Of a stretch of DNA of 64,000 nt, positions 38,690 to 51,180 are shown one piece after another. The translations under genes and the position numbers were made by a program. The stretch lies in the NCBI GenBank assembly GCA_050575255.1, contig JBNZDD010013697.1, positions 6,511,713 through 6,575,712 on the forward strand. The letters are read 5' to 3'. The notes below the pieces were generated by a model, which saw only the letters and a list, made by a program, of their open reading frames with translations, was not told the origin of the DNA and did no database searches. The stretch's first letter is position 1; each line of letters begins with the position of its first letter. The DNA comes from Harriotta raleighana. Taxonomy: Eukaryota.

Positions 38690-38918
38690 TGGAATTATTA
38701 CCCCTGGAAAAGTGATCTGCCAATCGACTAACAAATGAGTTCCTACTTATTGCTACGTAAACAGAGGTATGTCGAGTAAGGAAACTTGCCCAACATTTTG
38801 CTAGGTTTCTCGCTTGTGAGACGAATGAGCCTGGGGACGTCCTCCCAATGTGAAAGATGCTCTATAAATGTAATTTTGTTGTGGTTGTTGTTGTTGAATG
38901 CTCTGCCCACTGAACTAC
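38690..38918 (-). mobile_element. SINE 5' half (long subfamily), split by an L2 tail
   Basis: The head gtagttcagtgggcagagcattc|gtctcacaagcgag is rejoined when 38828-38900 is removed. Confidence 0.75.
38828..38895 (+). mobile_element. 68-bp L2 tail insertion with TSD gaatg
   Basis: gaatg at 38823-38827 and 38896-38900 flanks a class A tail. Confidence 0.8.
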
Positions 38919-39893
38919 TACTGCAAGCCAATGGGATAACACCTGGAATAGCAACCTCTTTATAGGAAACACAGCTAGAATGACAGCCTCTTAACCAGAA
39001 AGACATCTGGAATGCCAGCCTCCTAACTGATAAACATCTGGAATGATGGTCTCCCAGTGTAAAACCTATCAGGGATAAACCTCCAAACAGGACAAACCAC
39101 AAGGGTAAAAGTTACACATTATATCTCTACACTACATTTGGAAACATACTGTAGCAAGATGCAATGAACTATTCCTGAGCATATTTGACCACAGTAAATT
39201 GTGTATATTATTATATAACATTTGTGTTTTAATGACTTAAATGTTGGGGAAATTATTTTACATTTCATAACTGAAATCACATTTGCCAAACATGTAACTC
39301 ATTTCAAAACACGATTTGCCCTTGAGGATATCCAGTCTAGAAAAGGCATCATCGATCATCAATTTGATGCAGACTTTTAAGAAAGTATTGTGAACGAATA
39401 GTATATGCAACTGACTGAAACACAAGTCACATTTTTTTAAAAGAATTGTTTATTTGATTCTAAATAGATTAATCCCAGATGGTATTATATCATAAACATT
39501 ACTTTGGCTTTGCACTTTCTGAACACAAAGCAGAATTGTCGATCACAAAACTACATGTTCTGTTTGGACACTTTAATGTGCCAAAATTGTGTCAAATACA
39601 ATAATGTACCTCAATCCCTTCTTAAATATCTTTAACTTCTCCCATTGAAGCAACTTCAAATCCAATGCAGGTTAATTTACTTCACTGGTTGCCAGATTTG
39701 ACCCCAGTAGGTGAGCTATTATAGCCTGTATTTTTCTATCTAAGTATTTGAACACAGATATGCACACAGCTGCTGTAGTGTTCTTGCCTCTGGCTTCTCA
39801 TTTTGGCTCTTCATGCAATTTCTTCTCCTGAGTACTATTGAATCTTATACTTGGAAATATCATATTCTATGGTATCACAACACTTTAATCTGA

Positions 39894-40215
39894 GGCTCAC
39901 TGTAGAGCAGTGGTTAGAGCACTTGCCTTATAAGCGTGAGACCTGTGTTCGAATCCAGGCAGGTCAGGGCGAAACCTTGGGCAAGTTTCCTTACTCCACA
40001 TGCCTAATAATAATCCCTCCAAAACAACATAATAAGTAAATTGGTCATTTAAATCCATGACTGTTTGTGGGCCACTGCTGTGCGCAGTTGGCTGCCATGT
40101 TTTGCCCACAAATATACAGTCAATTCATTTTACAGTCTGTGAAGCGCTTTGAGATGTCTAGAACATGTGAAAAAGCGCTATATCAAATCCAAGGATTATT
40201 ATTATTATTATTATT
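39894..40215 (+). mobile_element. tRNA-headed SINE, full length (short subfamily)
   Basis: cagtggttagagc A-box, gttcgaatcc B-box, core, and tail stem agcgcttt/aaagcgct with (att)n. Confidence 0.9.
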
Positions 40216-40639
40216 TCTGCACCGGTAACTCTGTTCAGTCAGTTGTGGGTTTGCAAGCTCCATATGGTGCAAGGGAGTAATAGGGGTCTAAAATACAAGG
40301 GTTGCAACCTGGAATATTGAACCCTTTAGCCTGATGTGTGTTCTATATCAATTTACAGAAATACTGGAAGGAGATTGTGTTAAGAGTAGTTAGTTTCATG
40401 CCCAGTTATCGTCAGGATCCAATCTTTATTGAATTATTTTAAAATCCAAGTTCTGATCCCATATTCTTGTTTCCACTTTGAGCGAAAGTCAAATAATAAT
40501 AATAATACTTGCATTAGAAATCCTGGAACAATCTTACAGGTCTTTGAATAATAATAATCATAAAATGTGCATTTAATAGCCACATTAGCCATGGTGAGGA
40601 GCATTTCACACCTCTCAAGCTGAAGATATGTTTAGTCAT

Positions 40640-40745
40640 ATGATTCATTTTACCAACTTGAAAAGATTAATGGTCTGAGTTGAGCCAGAGAAATTTAAAC
40701 CCATAAACATTAGGTACTATATCCAGGGCTCTGACCGAGCAATCC
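40640..40745 (-). mobile_element. Ancient SINE relic with a Sauria/Meta-type central motif
   Basis: Reverse strand ggctcaactcagaccattaatcttttcaagttggtaaaatgaatc resembles recalled GGTTGACTCAGCCTTCCATCCTTCCGAGGTCGGTAAAATGAGTA. Confidence 0.4.
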
Positions 40746-40830
40746 AGAATGTGATCATCTACAAGAGGCTGTATTATGTATTTAAAGGGTTATTCCTTTG
40801 ATAATTATTACCTTTAACACAGCCTTTTAT

Positions 40831-41109
40831 GGAGTCCTGTACCTCAGTGGTTAGTGCACTCGCCTTGCAAGCAGGGCGGAAATCTTGGGCAAGTTTTCTT
40901 ACTGCACACGACTAATAATAATCCCTTAAAAACAATAATAATTTGGACATCCACGACTGTTTGTGGGATACTACTGTGTGCAGTTGGCTGCCATGTTTCA
41001 CCCACATATATACAGTCAGTTCACTTTATGGTATATTCTGTGAAGCGCTTTGAGATGTCTAGATATGAAAAGCGCTATATCAAATGCAAGGAATATTCTT
41101 CTTATTATT
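40831..41109 (+). mobile_element. tRNA-headed SINE (short subfamily, B-box region deleted)
   Basis: ggagtcctgtacctcagtggttagtgcactcgccttgcaagc followed by body, core and tail. Confidence 0.85.
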
Positions 41110-41444
41110 AAGTACACCAACCCATCAATAGCTGATTCGGAGTCTTGAAAACTTGGGTACACGCATCAGATTCTGTAACACCGAGTTTACACTGAATTGA
41201 TTTGGGTAAAACCTTTATGGCTGAGCTCAGTGTTGAGAACTGCTGCAAAACAGAAGAGCAGAGGAACAGACAATTCAATTATATTTAACCTAAAGGTCAG
41301 GCACAAGTCCAACGGATAAATGGAATACGTCCCAGTGCAGTCCTCACCATAACACCCAAAGTGAATCTAGTTTTGAATGCGGAAAAACAAACAGATGAAA
41401 CTGCTTCAAATTAAAGAGCTGAAAGTGATTCAGTGATTTTATTG

Positions 41445-41515
41445 ACTGTGTCCACTGCCTTGGGACATCCTCCTGATGTGAAAGGCGCTATACAAATGCA
41501 ATTTTGTTGTTGATG
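41445..41515 (+). mobile_element. L2 3' tail only (class A)
   Basis: gccttgggacatcctcctgatgtgaaaggcgctatacaaatgcaattttgttgtt. Confidence 0.8.
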
Positions 41516-42167
41516 TTTAAGTAAATGTTGCACAACCCCAATTGTGTTCACAGAGTGCTTTATAATAATGCTATTCCTTTTACTCATTTCATCTTATCAA
41601 GTCATCTCAAAAATCATAGGATTTTACTGTGAAGTGTAGAGACTATATTTGTGGATGAACAAGGCAGTCAATTGGTGTACAGCAAGATCCCACATCCCAT
41701 GAAATGAGTGATGGTAGATTGGCACAAACCAGCAATTGCAATGAATGGTGCACAAGCATACCATTCAAGTCCTTCCCACTCCCACAACAACTCTCAAAAC
41801 ACCTGACAATCTAAATATGTCACAACTTACGAGCAGAGACTTTATATAGAAATAAAATATTTCACAAACAACATTGGAGCTTTTGGAAATTCACCATAGA
41901 CAGAACATAGTATGTAGTCTAATGAGAGAAATGTACTTAGGAAGTCTGGATAAAATCTCTCCAGATGACAAATTGAAGTTATTGATTTAAGAGCTGGTGT
42001 TCAGACATAAACAAAATTCCTACTTCACATCGGCATTTAACAGAATATGCTGGAGAAACAAATGCATAAGTAAAATTGTTCAGTGCAAAATTAGCCACTT
42101 TGCTACAACTCACAAAGATCATTTTTGAATTAGTCTCAATCTCAGATTGTTTTCATTGAAGAACAAG

Positions 42168-42950
42168 CAACAACAACAACAACAAAATTACACATGTATA
42201 ACACCTTTCATCTCAGCAGGATGTCCCAAGGCCCTGCACTGTCATTGTTTCAGAGCTGAGCTGGGGTCAGGGATGGGGAGGGTGGAGGGAAAGGGGGGGA
42301 TTTGGGGTGACTGATGGGACCGTCGATGAGGAGGGTCTTGAGGCGGGACTTGATGGAAGCTAAAGAGTGGGTGAGGCGGAGGGATTGCGGGATGGGGTTC
42401 CAGAAGTTGGGGGCAGAGTGGCTGAAGGCTCGCTTGCCAATGGTGGGGAGGGTGGGTCAGAGATGTGAAGCAGGCCAGAACCTGCTGAGCGGAGGGGGCG
42501 GGCAGGTTGGTAGGGGATTAGGAGGTCGCAGAGGTGGGGCGAGGCCATGGAGGGCTTTGAATGTGAGGACCAGGATCTTGAATTGAATTCTCTGGGTGAT
42601 GGGGAGCCAATAGAGTCGGGCGAGGATTAGGGAAGATGGGGTCATGGAGCTTGGAGCAGTAGAAAACACGGTTTGCAGAGTTCTAGTTTATCTGCAGCCT
42701 ATGGAGGGAGGAATTTGAAGACTGATAAGCAGGGAATTGGCGTAGTCAAGCTAGGATGTGATGAAGGCGTGAATGAGGATTTCAGCGGCCTGAGGGGTGA
42801 GTCATGGCGGAGTTGGGCAATATTGTGAAGGTGAGAGAAGGCAGAGCGGGTCATGCCTTGGATGTGGGGGAAGAAAGACAGTTGAGGATCGAACAAGGCA
42901 CCCAGATTCCTGTCTGGCTCGATGAGGTTGAGTGTGCAACCATGGAGGTT
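42168..42950 (-). mobile_element. L2 3' fragment (~780 bp)
   Basis: FDPQLSF.PHI..RSAF.HL.NIA and LARLYWLPITQRIQFKILVLTFKALHGLAP plus tail. Confidence 0.9.
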
Positions 42951-44111
42951 GAAACTTCAGTGAGTTTCAATAAGAAGGTCTTGACATAATCTGTGGGGGG
43001 GTGGGGAGGACAACTGACTCATAAATCAAACTATCACTCCCATAACAAAATACACCTGGATTTGTAGAAATGTGAAAACAGAAAAATACTTAATAAATGA
43101 GTTTGACATCGATTTGCTCAGCAATAATACACAAAAGACAAAAACATTCCTCTTGCTATTGTAATAGGATATGTTTCTGGTCATTAAACATAGCAGCAAG
43201 AGGAATTTCAAGTTCATTTCAGGCAAAAGTACTGGATTAGTAAGCAAATGTCATTGGGCACGTTATAGCTGTGATCAGATCGACCTTTAATATAGCTTTT
43301 CTTAGCCAGACAGGATGAAAGAGCTGTCAAACAAATACTGTACACTGATCAGTGACCCAAAATCCACCTCTAATATTTGTTTTACTTCTAAAACTTTGAA
43401 AGCATGTCTTGAGTGAAATGTATTCAGAATACAAAATATTAAAAATTCATGTCAAAGACCATAAGATAAATTTTGTGAGTTATAACTTAAGACATAAGTC
43501 TTATTTTCCCAGTAATGAAACGTTTCCTGCAATTGTTGTCTTTAAACATCCAAGAGGATCAAAGCAAATAATCAGCCAGGACAAATTACAATTCCATTCA
43601 TTTCTAAATTTACCGTACAAGGAATATGGTAAATGAAATCTACTGTCTGTAAACTGACTATAGAATACAATAACTACATGCCCAACATTTGTATTTTGAA
43701 TCCATTATTTTACTATGTTCTGATTGCTTACAGAATGCAGTCACTATACATTTATAGTAAATCCTGTCCTTTGAAATGTCCTCGTTATGTAAAAGGCATA
43801 TCAAATGCAAGGTTATTTATTCTTATTATTTCATTTTATTCTATGTTTTCCTGCTTTCTCTTTGTCTCTCGTGAAGGTTTTCATTCATGCTGGATTTGCT
43901 TTCCAGGTACCAACAGCACTCTGGTACCTAGCCACATTGGCCATAAGACGTTATGCCTCCGTCTAGAGCTGGAAGGGTACTGAACCAGTGCAGCTAATTT
44001 TGAGCACTCAAAATCCAGATCTGTACTTTCCTTTGTGATGAATATGTTTGGCACTGTTCTAACGGTGTGGTCAAAATACATTCACTTTCTTTCATTATTA
44101 CTTAGAATATT

Positions 44112-44530
44112 GTCAGTCTTAGTCATTGGTCACACTGAGTCGGACGGTTGTGAGTTCACATCCCTCTTAAAAGTCTAAGATGACACTCCAACACCGTGCT
44201 GGGCTGTGCTGCATTGTCAGAGGTGATGTCCTTCAAATGAGACATTAAATCGAGATCCCGTCTGCCTGTTCTGGAGGACATTAAAAGTCTCATTGCACTA
44301 TTCAAAAAAGGGACGTTTCTCCCAGTGTCCTGGCCAACAATCCCTCAACTAAAATTTATCATTCACTTTATGGCTCTTCATGGGCAAACTGGATGCTGCA
44401 TTTCACCCCCCAAAAACATGAAACACAGTCAAACCACTTCACAGCATATCCTATGAAGTACCTTGATACATCTCAGCAACATAATAAAGTTCCATATTAA
44501 ATGCATGTATTATTATTAATATTATTATTA
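44112..44530 (+). mobile_element. Old Deu-domain SINE
   Basis: tgacactcca..tgctgcattgtcagaggtgatgtccttcaaatgagacattaaatcgag..gtgtcctggccaacaatccctcaac. Confidence 0.8.
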
Positions 44531-45883
44531 ATATTTCTCTTGCTTGGCATCCAACCCTGCCACTATGCAACACTCTGAGACCTCCCGTTTGAAACGTGCT
44601 TTGTAAATAAAAACTGTTGCTGTTATAGAGTGTTTAGGCTGCAGTACTAATCTTGAAATATCAGAAATGCAATGATTCTAAAAAATCATGGTATTCTTTA
44701 TAAACCTAGAGTCCCGCTGGGAATCTGCTTTTAAAAATCAATAAAAGTAATCAGCATCCTAACTGAATCTTCTTTGGCCAGACTCAGCTACGATCCCGGT
44801 GGATACAGCTCGACAGTTCATGACTGCCTCAAATTGGCTTCAATTTGAAGGATCGCTGAGAGAGACCACATGGGCAGCTGGTGAGGAAATACCATGCTGA
44901 TTCAACATGGAATACCCTCCTGACAGCAACGGCAGACAGACACATTGTTAGTACAGAAGAGACAGGATTGTGGTATATCTCACGCCGGGCAATAATTGTA
45001 TCATGAATATGCCAACACAGGATAAAATGTGGGAAAATCTTGCATTGCGAAACACTGATGCAGCTTTCTTGCAATCGTGTGACTTCTCCACTTCTGCTAG
45101 AATTTAGCTTTTACATTGAAATCATTCATAAAAAGTTTACTGAGACCTGGCAAGATGAACACGGCTGTTTGTGGGATGATGCTGTGTGAAAATCGGTTGC
45201 CCCATTCATCTGCATTTCTAGTAAAATAATGTGAAGTGTTTTGATAATACTAATAATAATTATTGCATTTGATATAGCTAAGTGTGGCTGTGTGTATTGT
45301 GTGGATGAATGTGCTTTGCATGGTTCTACATCATTGAAAAGAGTCCCAGATATTTTTGGAGATCAGGAAAACATTTATCTGGCAAAAAGACCATCACCGA
45401 GGCGGACTGGAACCTGCGCATATAGTTCTGGGATGATACCATGTAATACATTTTCAGATTCTTAAAAAGTCCCAACTGCATGAATAGGACTATGTGGTTG
45501 ACGTTGTTTGAAGTGAAAATGCACTTGAGCATAGCATGGCGTCAGTATTTCTGTATCTGAGATAATCCACTACACAATAGTCTGCAATGCTCCAGGCATC
45601 CTCAACACAGCTCCTCAGTACAGGGGAAACTTAATACATGCAAGGCCTTTATCGCATAAAATGGCATATTAGTATTTCTAAAGTTAACTTTTGAAAAAAA
45701 ACTCTGATCTGTTTACTCTGTTCCTGATGTGTGGTGCTTCTTGAACTCTACTAAGAAAACATAAAACAGAAAGGAATTCATGTTTACCTTACGTAATCTG
45801 GCATTGGCAAAAGGATTGCTGTATTATTTAATAACTATTTTGGACGAAAGGCACCTAAAGTGATGAACATCCAGCCTAATTAA

Positions 45884-45965
45884 TTAAGAATTAGACTTTA
45901 AAATTTTGCAAAGTTATCACTGGTTTAAGAATTAGACTTTAACGTTTTTCAAAGTTATCACTGGT
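45884..45965 (+). repeat. 41-bp tandem duplication
   Basis: ttaagaattagactttaa..aaagttatcactggt twice, with ~3 mismatches. Confidence 0.9.
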
Positions 45966-46037
45966 TTTGAACAAGCCATTCTTGAAATGCAATCTGATTC
46001 AAAAGAATAAAGAAAGATTTTGCACAAAAATATAAAT

Positions 46038-46427
46038 GATCATTAGGTAGTATAGTAGAGGTTTTAAAAATAAAACAAACTAAGCTTACATCAGGGTCGA
46101 TGCACTAGTATCATATTTTGCAGTTCACCATTTCACTCTACTGTACTGTACTGTACTTAAGGAATGCATTTTTCGAAAACCACACTCCTCTGTTTACCTA
46201 GCAGCAAGTAGGAACCTGGTTAGTAGTCANGATCATTAGGTAGTATAGTACCAGGTTTTAAAAATAAAACAAACTAAGCTTACATCGGGGTCGATGCACT
46301 AGTATCATATTTTGCAGTTCACCATTTCACTCTACTGTACTTTACTGTACTGTACTTAAGGAATGCATTTTTCAAATCCACACTCCTCTGTTTACCTAGC
46401 AGCAAGTAGGAACCTGGTTAGTAGTCA
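46038..46427 (+). repeat. ~192/197-bp direct duplication flanking a single N (46230); probable assembly artefact
   Basis: 46038-46229 and 46231-46427 are near-identical. Confidence 0.85.
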
Positions 46428-46605
46428 ATTGGCAGATTGCTTTTCTGGAGGTAATTCCTCCCAAAAAAAATTGTTCACTTCAATCCACGATTGTTTATGG
46501 GACACTGATGCGCGCAATTGGTTGCTGCGTTTCACCCACAAAATATACAGCCAATTCACATGATAAGGCGCTATATCAAATGCAAGGATTATTATTATTG
46601 TTATT
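46380..46605 (+). mobile_element. SINE fragment (long subfamily)
   Basis: cctctgtttacctagcagcaagtaggaacc..attggcagattgc..core..(att)n. Confidence 0.75.
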
Positions 46606-46629
46606 ATTTTGAACTTGTACATTAGGTTG

Positions 46630-47397
46630 TGGACACCGCCTCTCCTATCACCTCAACTTTCAAGGTTCTGTCCTTCCTCTCACACTGCCTCCACTTCATC
46701 TCCACAATCAGTTTTTCCTCTAGCCCACCCACCATCTTGTGCAGTGTTTCTCAATTTTTGGTCCCCCTCCTCTTCAACATCTACAAGCATCCTCTTGGTG
46801 ACATCATCCTCAGACATGTGGTCAACTTCCACATGTACGTGGATGACACCCAATTCTATCTCTTTGCCTCCACCCTTGAACCAAGGACCACTGATCTCTT
46901 GACAGAATGTCTGTCAGACATCAAGTCCTGGATGAGAGCTAACTTTTTCTGGTCACCAAGACCAAGGCCCTCCGTGTTGGCTCCCATAACTGCCTCCACA
47001 CCTCGGGTGCTGACAGCATCACCATCCTTAGTTACACATTCCATCTCACTAAGGCAGTGAGATGGCATCTTGTTTGATCCGCAACTATCACATCCATGCC
47101 ATTACCTGCACTGCCTTCCCCACCTCTGCAACTTTGCCGGGCTCAGACAAAGTCTTTCACTGCAGGCTGGTTAAACATGCATTCACAACATACAGGCTTG
47201 ACTATGGAAACTCCTTGCTTGTCGGCCTCTCCATCCCTTGCCTCCTTCAAGACCCGCTTCAAGGCCCTCCTCTTAGAAAAGGCCCCCTTGCCTTCCACCC
47301 TCCCCAATCCCTATCTCCAGCTTGGGTCTGGAAATACTGTCTGTCTAGCACCTTGGGACGTGAAAGGCTCTATATAAATGTAATTTTGTTGTTGTTG
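46630..47397 (+). mobile_element. L2 fragment including the RT catalytic motif, multiply deleted
   Basis: PLLFNIY..PLGDII..H.VNFHMYVDDTQFYL..CLSDIKSWM then RLDYGNSLL and a class A tail. Confidence 0.9.
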
Positions 47398-49004
47398 AAG
47401 CTTGATTTTAAGCATGTGTGCATTAATATCAATGTAGCATTTCAAAATGAACTGCGAACATGATGGAGTTCAGCCGTATGATACACGACCAAATCCCTGC
47501 AGATTTCTAGAATGAATAAGATGAGCAAAACTTCGGTAAACACCATTTCTATCAAAACTTGGAAAAGCACATCACGTTTGGTTGATTTTATGCACCACTG
47601 AATTTTCTAAAAACACCTACATCATTTATTTCAGTGAAATGAAATTTGCCTGTATTTCCCAGTGGAAGTAACTAAATATTTCATGGCTATGTGAAGAGGC
47701 CTGGTGTAAGATTAAAAAACAATTGGTTTAAAAATCTCTCTCATGCAATTCTGAATCAAAACACTATGTTTCTAAGTTTATTCAACCACCAGAGGCAATG
47801 CCATTTATCTTGTAATACTGTCAGGAAAACAAAGCACTGTACCCTAACAATCCTGCTGAAACCGCAACTGGAACTAATACGCATCCTGAAAAGAAGCACT
47901 AATCATCAGCCTGATTTTATGGGGTCAATAGACGTCAAGTCAAAACGTGTGTGCTTACTGACTTTTATTGATTTTATTCACTCGAAAGACAACTTTGGAT
48001 TTTATTTTGGCACTAACTTTTGAAATATCAATGTATTACATACAAAGAACTTTGTATTTTATAGTGCTTTATCATGTTGAAATGTCTCAAAGTGCTTTAC
48101 AACTACTTACTGTCAATAATAAATAAGGTCGTATAGTAGAGCCCTACGTTCCTGAGCAACATAATTTCCACCTTTTGGTGAGATCAGCGGGCACAGTTAA
48201 CAAACGATTTCAGTGACTGGCAACAAATACCCATTGCAAACTGCAATATTAGTATGTTATGCAAAATACTGTAGTAACCAATTCCAATATAATTCCAATT
48301 TGGTGTTACTGAAGGCTTTATAGTGCCCACTAGGTTCGCTGAGCAGAATTTTCCAAAACATCCCTTTTACATTCCTTCGACCATCTAATTTTGTTGGCAT
48401 CATTTTCAACATTACATTTGCTGGTGTTTAATTTGCTCTATAGCATTTTTGGCACTCAATACAATACTCAGGAGATTGTGAATGCCAGTTCTTATGTGAC
48501 CCATTAAGCAAAGACAAGGATTATTAGTGATCATGAGTGTTGGTGAGGGTGACCTAATTCAATTTATACTAAAATAGTGCCTTTCATGTTGGTAAGATGC
48601 CCCAAAACTCATGAGGTTGCTGCAGTAAAAGCGAGAAAATTTACCTTGTCAGGTCTTTATTCTGCATAATATCATCATCTTCCACAAACCACTCTGGGTT
48701 TTACTGCACTGACATGGGCAAAATACTTCCAAATGACTGTGACCACTTGAAGGTGCTTAAAATGCATAAAGTCACGGGATACCTATTGAGCTTGCATTCA
48801 GGGGTCAGAGAACATTGCCATCAAGCTTCTTTTTTAAGAAACAGTTATAGTTAAAATTATAATTTGCTTAACTGCATTTGTCACTTGAACTGCTGCTCTT
48901 AACATTTCTAAAAAGGGCAATGTCATTTTTGAATGGTTTCCTTTGTTCAGTGCCTATTCATGGAGGAAACCTAATGTTATATGGAGGATGTGTGGGATGA
49001 GCCA

Positions 49005-49577
49005 GAATGTAAACTTGGTATAAAAACTCAGCAACCAAGATCACTATCAGCACAATGTGCAGTTGGCTATACCAAAGAAAGCAAGTAGGATTTTGAAGTG
49101 TACAGCTGGAGGTAAGAGAGCATCTAAGTTAGAGGAAGTAATACTGAACTTATAAAGGACTAACCCCATGTGGAGTATGTGACAATTCTGCTTATTATAA
49201 AACAGTAAGGATTTCATGGCATTGTGGAGGATGGAGAATGGCAGCTAGATTGATAGTTTGAATTCAATAATTGAGTTATAAGAAGAGATGTGTGAAACTA
49301 AGAATGTTCACACAGCAGAGAAGGCTAAGGTGAGGCATTTAAGCATTCAAGATCCTAACAGGCAAAGTTAAACTGAATCCCAATGCAGTAATTTGATTAA
49401 GGCGGTCAACAGATTTAGAATAAGGGGACATGGACTGAGGCTCAAAAGAGAGAAGATGGACAGACAGTTCAGATTTAAGTGCACAAGGAATGTTCAATAA
49501 GTGGAACAGACTATCCTCGGAGGTGGTGGAGACTGATTACATCAATAAATTAGAGACGGAATTAGATAGCTATTTGG
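49005..49577 (+). mobile_element. Old CR1 LINE ORF2 C-terminal fragment
   Basis: Frameshifted motifs KKA..IL, EVIL.LY, EKAK/RRL, RGHGLRL, WNRL..EVVE and ELDSYL in CR1 order. Confidence 0.75.
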
Positions 49578-50466
49578 AAAACAAATTCTGGATGAAATAT
49601 AATGGTGGATTTAGGTTTTTTTTATAAAAAAGGATTTCATTTAAACTTAAGACATGTGAGTTGTGATGATCTTTTCCAATTCTGTTCTTAACATCTGAAA
49701 AGGAAAATGTGTATAGCATGCTACACCTCATTACATATTTAACTAATGAATTTTGCATTACAAATTATTTTCTCTACGTACAATTTGTGCATTTTATTTT
49801 TTATACATTTCAGATCTGATTGCACACAGGGATTGGGCAACATTGCAAACTATAAACAAGCTTTAGGAAAATGAGTGAAATAAAAGCGTCATACTCTACA
49901 GTGTGCATTAGTTATCTATTTATGAATGGCATTAACTTTATACGGTTATTAAACAATTACAGCATATAAATATCACCAGCTTTATTATGTAGAGTCAAGC
50001 TGATCTTAATGAGTTTTGTTTACAGGGTATAGTCTGCAAATTGTAATAAAATTCATCGTGCTGATATCACCACACTATTACAAAACAAAATTTACATGGC
50101 TGTTCTGTCAGATGTGTATATGATGTTTACTTCACACCCCTATGAGTAGATTTGGGTCTCTGAAATCCACTACTGCTCTTACTAACACAGGAAATGACAC
50201 ATCTTCTAGATGCAGACTCTTTTGGGAACAGGGAAAGGGAGAAACGCCCAAAGCCAAGGGAGAGAAACTATGTTAATAAAAAAAACTAAATATTTGGCCT
50301 GGAAATTCAATGATTTTCTAAAAGATATTTTCAGCAGGCCATAATGTTAAGATCATCTCTTTGCATTCTGAATTGGTTTAGAAACAATCCCCCAAATCAA
50401 GGCTTCATATAGGGGAAAGGAGAATAACACACTTTGAAAGCGACTATTTATTTCCATTAGCAACTA

Positions 50467-51180
50467 CAATAGAACCCTGTTTATCCGGCACCCACGGGAC
50501 CTGGGCAATGGCGGTTAAACCGTTTTTCCGGTTGAACAGATTTATTTTAAAAAATTAAAATATTTTTAAAAAAATTAATTAAAAATTATTTTAACACACC
50601 ATATTAATAATGGACTAAATAATAACAGAATATTCTATTAGTACATTATTATTTATACTTAACTTCATAATTGCAGCTCTGATTCAATAGAAGGTAAAAA
50701 AACGCAGTGAGTTTAGACCTAACGGCCAGCACACAACACACACACAGGCACACAGACCCTCAAAGGTATTCAGTCTGAATCCATCATAAAAATTCTGTCC
50801 ACAATCCTCACACTCCCCCCTCGTCCCTTTCCTCTCTCTCCTTCTCTCTCTCTCTGCATCAACCTGCCTGCCATTTCTCTCTCTCTCTCTCACTCCATTA
50901 TGCTTTCCCCTATCTCTCTCTCTCTCTCCCTTCCCCCCTCTCTCATTCTCCCCCCATTCTCTTTTTCTCTGTCTCTCCACCCCGCCCACCCTACTCCCCC
51001 AATTTCTCTCTGTTTCCCCCCGCCGCCCGCTCCCTCCCTCTCTCTCTCTCTGGCCACTAACTGCAGCAGTATTTATTATATATACAGTACTTAACTTCCC
51101 AACAACAGGCACATCTGAATGAGGTAAAAAAAAGGGACTTTTAAAAGGACCCGGAACGAGTTTAGATCCGACAGGCAAAT
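50467..51180 (+). mobile_element. Possible Tigger-like element, only one end visible
   Basis: TA-caatagaaccctgtttatccggcacc..ccggttgaac resembles Tigger-type termini; no matching right TIR was found. Confidence 0.4.
50812..51051 (+). repeat. Polypyrimidine/(CT)n-rich tract, ~240 bp
   Basis: Read directly from the sequence. Confidence 0.9.

Noticed and set aside
50684-51178. 164-aa RE-rich ORF
   Set aside because: It is the translation of a (GA)n-rich low-complexity tract.
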